Below are positions 37,501 through 48,179 of a stretch of DNA of 64,000 nucleotides, piece by piece. The translations under genes were made by a program, and so were the position numbers. Origin of the DNA: Heptranchias perlo (lineage: Eukaryota); contig NW_027139581.1 in assembly GCF_035084215.1 (NCBI RefSeq), positions 3,534,001 through 3,598,000 of the forward strand, read 5' to 3'. The notes under the pieces are model-generated. The model was not told the origin of the DNA. It was given only the letters and a program-made list of their open reading frames with translations, and ran no database searches. Every line of letters begins with the position of its first letter. The stretch's first letter is position 1.

Positions 37501-37612
37501 ACTAAACTATGCCATGGGGATAGACTATGCATATATTTAATGAATAGAAGTCATGTACACGCACTGAGAAGATTCACAATGTGACACTTGTTGCTGCAAC
37601 CTCACTGCTCAC

Positions 37613-37921
37613 CTCGTTCCTTGTGTATGGACGCTCTTTTAGGAGTTGGAAGATCCTGATGGCTCACCACGCAATAGAACGTATCCCCACTCAGCCACGC
37701 TTGTGTCGAGATGTCTACTTTGCTGATCAGGCTGTCGGAGCCCTCGCCAGGTTGGACGGCAATCTCTGATTTTAAAGGCTGCTGTTCTCTGGTCCAGGAC
37801 ACGTTGACCCCATTCGGAGCATCAGACACGACACAGGTCAAAGTCACCGTCGCCTCCAGTAAAACCTGTTCTTGTGATGGTGGCAGAATTGTGACTTCTG
37901 GTTCACCGGGTGGAGGACAAT
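37613..37921 (-). CDS. IGHM: IgM CH3 exon
   Basis: CTCACAG|(D)[70 protein letters not shown]|GTGAGC; 309 nt, phase 1-1. Confidence 0.96.
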
Positions 37922-38349
37922 CTGTGAGAGGAAAATAAATGTGAACCGATCTATTCTCTGGAGAATTGTGAAGCGAACGTTCAGCCTTTATTTGATTAAA
38001 GACAAGGAAAGTCATTTTTACTTTGGGCGATATGGACTCAGCCTCCCATTATACAGTGCGCCTGATTTTCCGTGCCACTAATCAGGAATGTGACCATTGG
38101 TGACTCCCCCATTCCCTGGAACAGTTGTGTTGAAGCACAGCTCTGATGCTCTACTTGCGCACCGCCTGATTTCGGCTCACTGAGAACAAAACTGGGACCA
38201 GGATCGCAGACTGATCCGATGACATGTGCGCAGAGGAATCCCTTCTGGGGCGGGGCTCTGGAACGTCTGCAGTGCTCACTGAACTGTAACAGAGGCAGAG
38301 AGAGTCAGGCCGTCCAGGAGAAGGAAGCAAGTAACTAGATACTCGGTAA

Positions 38350-38780
38350 AGAAAGAAAGAACTTGCATTTATACAGCGCTTTTCATCACCTCAGGACGTC
38401 CCAGAGCGCTTTACAGACAAAAAACTACTTTTGACGTGTGGTCACTGTTGAAATGTTGGAAACTCAGCTATCAATTTGCTCACAGCAAGCTCCCACCAAC
38501 AGCAATGTGATAATGACCGGGTAATCTCTTTTAGTGATGTTGGTTGAGGGATAAATATTGGCCAGGACACAGGGGAGAACTCCATTGCTTGTCTTCTAGA
38601 TATTGCTGTGTGATCTTTTCCTTTCACCTGAGAGGGCAGATCGGGGCCTCGGTTTAACGTCTCAACAAGATGGCACCTCCCATAGTGCAGCGCTCCATCA
38701 GTCCTGACTGGGAGTGTCAGCCTCGATTTTATGCTCAAGTCTCAGGAGTGGGATTGAACCCACGACCTTCTGACTCAGAG
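38350..38780 (-). mobile_element. Deu-domain/L2-tailed SINE (SacSINE/AmnSINE-like)
   Basis: Pol III B box GGTTCAATCC near the 5' end; 3' GCGCTCTGGGACGTCCTGAGG..GCGCTGTATAAATGCAAGTTCTTTC. Confidence 0.75.
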
Positions 38781-38939
38781 ATGATCAATAACATCAATGA
38801 TATGTTCCTAATAATTGGTGAAAGAAGTTATCAGTCCCCCCACACACCCTCACCCCCACCCCACGGAACACTGACTGTAAATTTCGGTAGAATTTGGCAC
38901 TTAGATGCATCTGGCCTCAGCTCCCGGTTTGCCTCTTAC

Positions 38940-39260
38940 CAGGAGAACTGGTGATATTTTTGCTCTGGATGCTCTTGCTCGCTTTGTGAGTGACGGAGCA
39001 GGTGTATACCGCACCGTTGAACCATTCCCTGGAGGTGATTTCCAGCCGACTACTGACGCTGAAGTTGCCGTTCTCTTCACAGGGAGGAGAGGTGACGAAC
39101 CCGGACTTCACGGGCAATCCGCCCTTCAGCCACTGCACGTCGATGGGTTTTGGTCGGAATTCGGATATTAAACACACGGCCGTTACATGTTTGCTGGATA
39201 AGATTTCCTGAGGTGAACTTTGCGTGAGGATAACAGTTGGAGGGACCGCAGGCAATCTTT
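38940..39260 (-). CDS. IGHM: IgM CH2 exon
   Basis: CCCATAG|(E)RLPAVPPTVILTQSSPQEI..AVCLISEFRPKPIDVQWLK..GFVTSPPCEENGNFSVSSRL..YTCSVTH..NITSSP|GTAAGA; 321 nt. Confidence 0.96.
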
Positions 39261-39373
39261 CTATGGGAATTCAAGGAAACAAAGGAGATTTCACCATTTC
39301 AAAATTAAATAATTCTGTATTGGAAAATTCTGTTATCTTTTCACATCTTGGTCGCCATCGAGCTCACACTAAC

Positions 39374-39682
39374 CTGGAATGGGCAGACTCACTGTCTCCC
39401 AGGCAGAACCGCTGTGCCGAACAACGCAGTAGACTTTGCTGCTCTCCATCTCTGACTGGGGGATCGTTAACTGGCTGCTCAGGGTGTAGGTTCCCTTCTT
39501 GTTGAACACTGACGGGTAGGTCATGAATCCACTGGTGATGCTTTGGTCATTTTTGGTCCAGGAAAGGATGGCTTTTTCGGGAGAATAGTTCATCGCCAAG
39601 CACCCGACCGTCACCAAACCTTCAGTATTGGGTTCTCCACAGGACGATAGCAGGGCGAAGAGTGTCGGAGTAGACGGTTCAG
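39374..39682 (-). CDS. IGHM: IgM CH1 exon
   Basis: TTCACAG|(A)EPSTPTLFALLSSC..VTVGCLAMNYSP..W..TYPSVFNKKGTYTLSSQL..VYCVVRHSGS..PIP|GTTAGT; 309 nt; light-chain-pairing Cys retained. Confidence 0.96.
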
Positions 39683-40644
39683 CTGTGAAAGAGGAACAAA
39701 TTGAACACAAAAGTGAAACTCCGCGATCACATTTACATGAAACGCCCTCATGTTTTGAATATCCGCCAGAATCTGCACCAATTGCATCATTTGAGGATCA
39801 CAAACAACAGTGAAAAGTGAGCCTCTGCTAATTGTGAGGCCTGACTTGAAATGGGCTCACCGAACCCCAGTCTGGTGCATCCGAAAGTCCGGAGACAGGA
39901 AAGTCCATTCGGCCCATCAAGCTCCATCCACCCAGACTCAGTACAAGGAAATTGTATCATTGACTTCGCCGAACTCCTTGTCGCCACTCCAATGACGAGG
40001 ACATATTTTCTCCCCTAACTGTTCTCAAGTAAAGTTCAGGCAAAAATATTAATATCACAGGTCTGGAAATTCCCCCAGGCTACTCCCTGTAAACGGAGTT
40101 TCCACTCCACTTCCCACAAAGTCTCGCAGGCGGAGCGGGAGCAGCTCTGACGAATTTCTCGGCATATAAGTCTGAATATCCATCGAGGCCAAGAGGGGGC
40201 TGGATAAAAAATCAGGCGTATACGTTTAGAGGAACTGTGAGCAGCAGGGATGGAAAGTTGGTTGATGGACAGGAAACACAGAGAAACGGTTAACGTGTCC
40301 TTCAGATTGGAGAACGGCTGGAAAGTGAAGTCCTCCTGGTGTCAGTATTCGGGGCACTTCTGTTTACATACATTCCATGGTTTACACTTGGCGACAGGGA
40401 ATAAAATCTCGAAAGTTGCTAACGACAAAAAAGTACATGATTTGGCAAGCAGCGAGGAGGAATGTAAAAGTCTTCATGAAGACAGAGGCAGGATAGGAGA
40501 ATGGGCGGGCATGTGGCAGATATAATTTAATTAGTGTGCAGAATGTGGGACTGTATACTCAGGGATATGAAACTAAGTGTTCGGATGTGCAAACAGATCT
40601 AAAGTGTGAATATATAATTCTAAAAATGCGATTGTACGCCAAAA

Positions 40645-42270
40645 ACATCTTGCAATTATATAGCCCCTTCAATGTCATAAAATGTCACTGAGGCACAGAA
40701 GGAGATATTGGGACAGCTGAACAAATGCTTGGTCAAAGAGGTAGGTTTAAAGGAGATTCTTCAAGGAGAGGGAGAGGTAGAGAGGCGGCGAGGTTTAGGG
40801 AGGGGATTACAGAGTTTAGGGCCAAGACAGCTGATGGCACGGCCACCAATGGTGGAGCGATTAAAATCGAGGATACGCAAGAGGCCAGAATTGGTGGCCT
40901 CGGAGGGTTGTACGGCTGGAGGAGGTTACAGAGATAGGGAGGGGTGAGGCCATGGAGGGATTTGAAAACAAGGATGTGAACTTTAAAATCGAGGCGTTCC
41001 CGGACCGACAGCCAATGGAGGTCAGCGAGTACAGGTGTGATGGGTGAACGGGACTTTGTGCGAGTTAGGATACGGGGCAGCAGAGTTTTCGATCAGCCCA
41101 GGTTTATGGAGGGCGGGAGATGGGAGGCCAGGAGAGCATTGGAATAGTCAAATCTAGAGGCAATAAAGGCATGGATGAGGGTTTCAGCAGCAGAAGAGCT
41201 GAGGCAGGGGTGGAGATGGGTGATGTTACGGAGGTGGAATTAGGCGGTCTTGGCGATGGAGCAGATATGTGGTCCGAATCTCATCTCAGGGTCAAATAGG
41301 ACGCCGAGTTTGCGAACGGTCTGGTTCAGCCTCAGAGAATGGCCAGGGAGAGGGATGGAGACAGTGGCTAGGGAACGGGTTTAGTGGCGGGGACCAAAGA
41401 CAACGACTTCTGTCCTCCCAACATTTAGTTGGAGGAAATTTTTGCTTATCCAGCACTGGATGTCGGACAAGCAGTGTGACAAATCAGAGAGAGTGGAGGG
41501 GTTGAGGGAGGTGGTGGTGAGGTAGAGCTGGGTGTCGGCAGCTTCCATGTGGAATCTGACTTTGTATTTTCAGATGATGTCGCCGCGGGGCAGCATGTCG
41601 ATGAGAAATAGGAAGGGTCAAGGATAGATCCTTGGGGGACTCCAGAGATAACGGAGCGGGAAGAGAAGTCATTGCGGATGGTTCTCTGGCTACGACTGGG
41701 TAGCTGAGAATTGAACCAGGCGAGCGCAGTCCTACCCAGTTGGATGACGGAGGAGAGGCTTTGGAAGAGGATGATGTGGTGAACCGTGTCAAAGGCTGCA
41801 GACAGGTCGGAAAAGATGAGGAGGGAAAGTTTACTCCGGTCACAGTCACATAGGATGTCATTTGTAACTTTGTCAAGGGTCATTTCAGTACTGTGGCAGG
41901 GGCGGAAACCTGATTGGAGGGGTCCATAATGGAGTTATGGGAAAGATGGTGACAGGGGTTAGGGAGACGACAACACATTCAAGGACTTTGGAGAGGAAAG
42001 CGGGGTTAGAGATGGGGCGGTAGTTTGCAAGGACAGAAGGGTCATGAGTGGGTTTTTTTAGTTGGGGGGGGGGTGATGAGGGCAGATTTGAAGGGGAGGG
42101 GGACAATACCTGAGGAGATGGAACCGTTAACAATATCAGCAAACATGTATCGTTCACAATATAAGCTAACATTGGGGCCAGGAAGGGAAGTTTGGTGGTC
42201 AGCAGTTTGGTGGGAATAGGGTTGAGGGAGCAGGAGGTGGTTCTCATGGACAGGATGAGAAGTGAGATAT
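40645..42270 (-). mobile_element. L2-clade LINE in the J-C intron
   Basis: LANYRPISNPAFLSKVLE, DLSAAFDTVHH, SGVPQGSIL; L2-type tail. Confidence 0.88.
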
Positions 42271-42666
42271 TTAAATTCTTCTTTGGCAGTAGCGCAAAAT
42301 CGACGATAACGAATTGCACCTCATTTTGCAATCCACCCAAATTTCTTTTCCATTTAAGTGAAGAGGAATTTGTTCAGTGTGGGTATGATTTCGGGGCATG
42401 AATCCGACTTGGGCAGTGGACAAAGGGGCGGTATCGAATCGGCCGCCTGTTTCTCGCCCCTCCTTATATTCACTCCCATTGAAGTATAACGGGAGGCTGG
42501 TGCAATACTGCCAGTTGTGAGCTACCGCCCATTGAGTATCAATTCATCCTTGTCTGTGGTGCAAAATGGGCGACAGCCAATCGGTGCCCCGTTTTGCACT
42601 GCCTTAAATCGAAAAGATGCTCGGGCAGGGGGAAACGAGCTGCCGATTGGCTGTCGTTGACATTGC

Positions 42667-43246
42667 TTTTCTCTCTCAGGGTCGAAAGAACGGTGTATAG
42701 AGAAATAATGTCACCTCTTAATGTGAACCCTTTCTCTCTCATGGTCAAAAGAACGGTGTATGGAGAAATAATGTCACCTCTTAATGTGAACCCTTTCTCT
42801 CTCATGGTCCAAAGAACTGTGTGTAGAGAAATAATGTCACCTCTTAATGTGAACCCTTTCTCTCTCATGCTCTAAAGAACGGTGTATAGAGAAATAATGT
42901 CACCTCTTAATGTGAACCCTTTCTCTCTCATGGTCTAAAGAACGGTGCACAGAGAAATAATGTCACCTCTTAATGTGAACCCTTTCTCTCTCATGGTCTA
43001 AAGAACGGTGTACAGAGAAATAATGTCACCTCTTAATGTGACCCCTTTCTCTCTCATGGTCTAAAGAACTGTGTGTAGAGAAATAATGTCACCTCTTAAT
43101 GTGAACCATTTCTCTCTCATGGTCTAATGAACGGTGTATAGAGAAATAATGTCACCTCTTAATGTGAACCATTTCTCTCTCATGGTCTAATGAACGGTGT
43201 ATAGAGAAATAATGTCACCTCTTAATGTGAACCCTTTCTCTCTCAT
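42667..43246. repeat. 63-bp minisatellite, 9 copies, in the J-C intron
   Basis: AGAAATAATGTCACCTCTTAATGTG at 42701, 42764 ... 43205 (period 63). Confidence 0.97.
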
Positions 43247-44525
43247 GATGCATCGAGCAACTTCTCCCATTTGCTTTCTTGCTGTAATCAAATATTGGGC
43301 CAAGTTTCGCGGTATTTACTGTTTACTCCTAATGTCCCAACACTTCAAGATACATAAATAATAATATCAACAGCAATAATAAAGGTATCACTAATAATGT
43401 GGTAGTAATAATATTATTATTAACAGCAATAATAATAACTATTAATAATGTCAGCCAAGAAACGCCTTGCAAATGCGGGTAGGACCTTTGGACCAGAACT
43501 GTTCCCTGTCCTATTCTCCCGCCGCCCTCAACACATCTGAGTCCGGGGTCTCTGTATTCTTTGTTTACCGCCTGGCTCGGGTCTCAAATCACCAACACAG
43601 ATGAGCTGCAGAACCTCGATTTGCTAAAGTAGCGCTCTTCCGTTTCTTAAATGATCTGTGCTATAGCCTCGTCTGCAGAGAAACTGTTCAATAAAACACT
43701 AAAGGTAGATTTTTGTCTTCGCTGGCTGGGTATTAAGGATAATCTCAGCTTCGCGCTGAACAACAATCTGGGGAAGGGGGAGGGGGGGAGGGAAATCTGA
43801 TCGGGAAAAAATAGACGTCACTCACAGAATCCACCTGATCTTCCTCCTATTTAAACTAATGGAAGTAAAATCGGGAGAGTTTTGTAGCAGGTGTGCAATC
43901 CTCCCCACTCAAATTTCCTCTCTGTGCACAGAGCAGGGATTGTTTAACGCCCAGGCGGGAATCTATATCTTGCACACTTTAACTTCGAAATGTGGAATTC
44001 AGTATAATTCAAGTTTAACTGAAACTACACAAGGATCCGTGTAAAACAGAACATCGCTTCGTTTAATTATCAGAGACCCTGAATATAACGGAGCAAATGG
44101 AGAAACGAGCCTTTAGGTTCGAACTTCTAACTTCGACGGGAGCGTAATTCAGGGAAAACCAGGCGTTGTGTAATTCGGAAAGCCCATCCGCTACCGCCCG
44201 TTTTACGCCCCGCACAAGTTGAATTTTACCTCCAGAGTGCTGATAATAAATTAATGTTGATATTAACGTCATTTTAGTGAAACAAATCTGTTTGAAGTTT
44301 AAAATTGTTTCTAGTTTCCTTCCAGCCTTACGAGGTCAGTAGTTTTTAAAATTTAATGAACTAATGTAATTTAATTAAACGAAGATCATTTCAACAATTC
44401 TGCTTGATTTCCAGCAATATTCGCATCGCTGCCTCCAACCTTATAATTTCCCCCACTCTGCCTAGTTTATTTCTTGTCTATTTCCAACCTTGTGAAGTCT
44501 GAAAGTTCTTTGGTTGAAATATATT

Positions 44526-44663
44526 GGTGGTAATTTTGACTTGGTGGGACAGTGTAAAACTGGTGATTCACGTCATTGGAAATAAAAGCCGGGAGAGATG
44601 TTAAACGGACTGTCGACTCCCCAGCACACGTTTCGCACTGTCGCCAAAATCAAAATTACCCCC
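44526..44663. mobile_element. 138-bp MITE, PIF/Harbinger-like
   Basis: Imperfect ~34-bp terminal inverted repeats (GGTGGTAATTTTGACTTGG.. / ..CCAAAATCAAAATTACCCCC) and 3-bp ATT direct repeat on both sides. Confidence 0.7.
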
Positions 44664-45344
44664 ATTCATTTTAAAAATGTTGTTTGGCTTCTATAACAGT
44701 TTATCTCTTTCTGCCTATGAATTTGCACAATTCTTTAGTAAAGCCTGTCTCACTGCCTAAAAGAGATAATATACAAAGAGCCAACATTTTTGGACAGTTT
44801 ACTGACAATAAAACTTCCTCCATTGAAGAGTAAGTACTTAATAAACCAAGAGCTATTTTAAATTGAAATCTATCCAGCCACAGGCTCCACATTGTTCATT
44901 AATTAAATATAATATATAAAATCATCAAGACCAAACCAGGATACAGCAACTAATTAAAATCTGCAGTGAGACCTTTTGGAGCTCAATCACAACTGAGTAA
45001 GAAACACGGTGATTTGTGAAATTAATTGTAACATAATCGATTTATTTTTCTCCCATCTCTGACATTTTCTCCTGACGGTGTTGTGTATGGGACATTTGTG
45101 GAAGGCGGTTTGTGTTTAATTGATTATATTGTAAGTTAACATTGATATTAACTGATGCTGTATTAAATTATAATCAAATCCAATATTAATTTTAAACCTG
45201 CTTCTGCCCACAACCTTGTGCATTGTGGAAATGTTAACAAACTTTTCGTGACAGATATTCAATATGAACGTATCGAATATTATACTAATAGATGAATACA
45301 TTAGTTTTATGTAAATAAAGGCACAGAAATGAGTTTTAAATTAT

Positions 45345-45568
45345 GAAGTGAGTTGTAATGATTTGGAATGCAGTGAAAGGGCGGTGGAAGCAGATTTAAA
45401 AGTAACTTTCAAAAGGGAATTGGATAAATACTTGAAGGGAAAAAACAGGACTCTGAGAAAAGTACAGGGGGATGGAACTGATTGGAAGCTCTTTCAAAGA
45501 GCTGGCAGAGGCACGTTGGGCCGAATGGCCTCCTCCTCTGCTCTACATACTATATGATACTATGATGC
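45345..45568 (+). mobile_element. CR1 3' end fragment
   Basis: AVEADLKVTFKRELDKYLKG; GGGCCGAATGGCCTCC..ATACTATGAT tail. Confidence 0.75.
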
Positions 45569-46151
45569 ATCGAGCTTCTAATAATTTTATGCTCTGTCTC
45601 TGCACAATTAGAATCTCTGTAGTTTTCTGAGCTCTCTGAAACAATACAGACTCTGCGGATTTTCACAGTGTCTTTCACATGATGGAGTCAGGAGTGGATT
45701 TTTAAGCAGTTTTCTACACGGCCGAGCGAGTACTCTACACTCATAAAGAATTTCAGTATATCCTGAAAGGAGCCCGATGTACATGATCTCGGACTGAGCC
45801 CAAAGCACTTGGGACAACATTATAACCGAGAACTGCATTAGCCAGATGTTGTCAAATTAAACATTGCAGAAACAAAAATAAACACAGATCAGCATCAGGT
45901 TTCTGGTATCAAATAACCCATACTCGCAGATAAACAAGATCCCACAATAATCAAGGAGAAATGCAAGAGTGATACAGCTGCTTTGATCTATAAAATCTCA
46001 GATGCACAATCAAAAGTTACATACCAATAAATCTAAGGAAACAGTACCAACTTCACAGGATTGTGGAAATAATTAACTATTAAAACAACACGAAATACAA
46101 GATTAAACATACAAATTAAATACTGCAACTAAATTAGTGCATGTTTCTTAC

Positions 46152-46199
46152 CTGCAGTCACCGTCACCATGGTCCCTTGTCCCCAGTAGCCCCAGTAAT
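46152..46199 (-). CDS. JH gene segment
   Basis: AT TAC TGG GGC TAC TGG GGA CAA GGG ACC ATG GTG ACG GTG ACT GCA G|GTAAG = YWGYWGQGTMVTVTA. Confidence 0.96.
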
Positions 46200-46238
46200 C
46201 ACTGTGTTACATTCCTTCATCTGAGTCACACAATAAGG
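46200..46238 (+). other. JH RSS, 23-bp spacer
   Basis: CACTGTG (46200-46206) + 23 nt + ACAATAAGG (46230-46238). Confidence 0.85.
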
Positions 46239-46586
46239 GGCTCTGCATTCGGTACAGAAAATAGTCTACATTATTTTAAGTTTTGACATTCCAGAGGCAA
46301 GGTAATGTTACGATAGATTTATGTGATATTAAAAATCATTATATATAGTAACAAATGGTTCCATTTGATTGTTTATAAATTACTTTGATATTTGCGATCT
46401 CATACATTAGTTGATGAACAAGTTTCCAAATCGCCAACAATTTCGTGAATATTTTTTATAGTTGTCCTGCTTAATCCTCGCCAGGACTGCAGTGCGAGAT
46501 AGCAATACATGAATATTACTTTAATATATTCGCAGTTGTATTCCAGCCGGAGCACTGCCCCAGTTTCACCCCATGAATGTTGAAAG

Positions 46587-46614
46587 GGTTTTTGTATTGA
46601 CAGTTAATGCTGTG
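46587..46614 (-). other. D2 3' RSS, 12-bp spacer
   Basis: CACAGCA + 12 nt + consensus ACAAAAACC. Confidence 0.93.
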
Positions 46615-46627
46615 CCACCCAGGTATA
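46615..46627 (-). CDS. DH2 gene segment (TATACCTGGGTGG)
   Basis: 13 nt between two 12-RSS; open in all three frames. Confidence 0.9.
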
Positions 46628-46655
46628 CACCATGATACACACCGTGTCAAATACT
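46628..46655 (+). other. D2 5' RSS, 12-bp spacer
   Basis: CACCATG + ATACACACCGTG + TCAAATACT. Confidence 0.8.
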
Positions 46656-46972
46656 TCTGCCAACATATAGCTTTCGTATGTAGATCTAAATTCCAAACAG
46701 CTTACAAAAAACTCGACTCAGATTCACCAGTGGATGCATTAATGTGATGCTTGTATCAGTATAACTTGTTATATGTTTATAAAAAGCCACGTTTTAGTGT
46801 TGAGACACACAACCAGTCTTTGCATGGAATTTAAATTCGTCAGTTCAATTTACACTTTATAGCTGGTTTTATAAACTTGGAGATATTTCTGACAGTGATA
46901 TATATGGAATGACACTAATGTTGCTGTTCATGATGGTTTTGTGATCACAGATTTCAGCAGGATCCCGCTCAG

Positions 46973-47010
46973 TGTTACTGTATGACGAGATGTCGATATG
47001 AAGCACTGTG
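46973..47010 (-). other. D1 3' RSS, 22-bp spacer
   Basis: Consensus CACAGTG + 22 nt + ACAGTAACA. Confidence 0.85.
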
Positions 47011-47025
47011 GATCCACTGTATTAT
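47011..47025 (-). CDS. DH1 gene segment (ATAATACAGTGGATC)
   Basis: 15 nt flanked by a 12-RSS and a 22-RSS. Confidence 0.9.
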
Positions 47026-47053
47026 CACAATGACACACGCCAGCACAAATACT
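47026..47053 (+). other. D1 5' RSS, 12-bp spacer
   Basis: CACAATG + ACACACGCCAGC + ACAAATACT. Confidence 0.88.
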
Positions 47054-47429
47054 GCACTCGCTCTCTGTTCAGCACTGTCTGTCAAAATTCACTTTCAAAA
47101 AACCCTTATTGGGACTGCAACCGGACTAGAAATTCACTCAGGGTGAGAGAAAGAGAACACATCTGTGCACATCAGCGACCAGTGGTAGAATATATTGAAA
47201 CAAGCATTAACTTCAAATTTCCATTCCTCACACATCGAAGTGCTGGACACCAGCAGAGTCCCTTCTCCTCATTATTACAACAACAGTTCATATTTTAGAT
47301 CAGTTAACTGTCCTTAAACAAGATGCTTTGGGAAGAAATACCGTCTATTTGAAAGTACTGCAATTAACATTGCACTTTATTTAATTACTAACCGTCAGGT
47401 TATATTTGGAACGGTTGGATTTCTCCTCC

Positions 47430-47468
47430 TGTTTTTGTACAGGTCCAGCCCCGGACCCCCTCCCCGTG
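47430..47468 (-). other. VH RSS, 23-bp spacer, non-consensus heptamer
   Basis: CACGGGG (47468-47462) + 23 nt + ACAAAAACA (47438-47430). Confidence 0.88.
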
Positions 47469-47771
47469 GGTATCCTGCACAGTAATACATGGCGGTGTCT
47501 TCGGTCTTCAAATTAGTCATTTTCAGATAAAAGGTCGTGCTGTCTTTGGAAGGGGTGAATCGATCTTGAACTCCGGGTGCGTAATAATTCGTGGATGTGG
47601 GCGTATAATAGCTCAGTAACCACTCCAGCCCTTTCCCAGGAACTTGCTTAACCCAAGCCATGTAATAGCTGTTGACATTGAACCCACTCACCGAACAGGA
47701 CAGTGTCTGAGTCTCCGTGGGCTTTGCGGTAACGGAATCCGATTGAGTCAGCACGATGTTGCATTGGACAT
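47469..47771 (-). CDS. VH exon (IgW-like V domain)
   Basis: CTCTCAG|(Y)[100 protein letters not shown]; both canonical Cys, Trp, GLEW and DTAxYYC present. Confidence 0.97.
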
Positions 47772-48058
47772 CTGAGAGTGGGGGGAAAAGATCGGATGTC
47801 ATTAAAACAGGCAAAATTAAAGATGGTCATAAAAGTAAAACAGAATATTTAAAAGCGAGAACTGGGTTTATCATCCATCTTCTCGTTCTTTTTGTACAAT
47901 ATCTTGAACGAATTATTGAAGGTTTAATTTTGTTGTCATGCTGGAGAACTGATAAATCGGTTCTTTCCTGACGTATTTGCAATTTCGCTAAGATAATCTT
48001 CACAGTGCAATCAGAGGAATTTCCCCCACCCTGAGCTGAAAAGGGAAAGAATACTCAC

Positions 48059-48104
48059 AGGTAAAGTAAGACAGAAGTAAACAGAGGTAGAAGCCAAGCG
48101 CCAT
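48059..48104 (-). CDS. VH leader exon (46 nt)
   Basis: ATG GCG CTT GGC TTC TAC CTC TGT TTA CTT CTG TCT TAC TTT ACC T|GTGAGT = MALGFYLCLLLSYFT; phase-1 join to the V exon. Confidence 0.93.
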
Positions 48105-48179
48105 CGTTTGCTTTCTTGATCAAACTCTCTGCTCCCCAGAACAGCCTCCTGATTGCTGACCTGAAGCCGAGCGCTCCAC

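Larger units (their letters stand above)
27150..48104 (-). other. IGHM: Complete germline immunoglobulin heavy-chain (IgM) cluster: L-V-D1-D2-J-CH1-CH4-sec-TM1-TM2
   Basis: All segments listed separately; every exon has GT/AG ends and consistent phase. Confidence 0.96.

Noticed and set aside
38150-38260. GC box and NRF1-like motif in the CH2-CH3 intron
   Set aside because: Two short motifs alone do not support an intronic promoter
46934-46972. Nonamer-like TGGTTTTGT suggesting a third D segment
   Set aside because: No CAC-containing heptamer at the correct spacing
48001-48007. Perfect CACAGTG heptamer in the leader-V intron
   Set aside because: No nonamer at 12- or 23-bp spacing
27584-48104. 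Identification as IgNAR, IgW or germline-joined IgM1gj
   Set aside because: V has full FR2/CDR2 with GLEW; there are four mu-type C domains including CH2 and a mu tailpiece; V, D and J are unjoined with intact RSS
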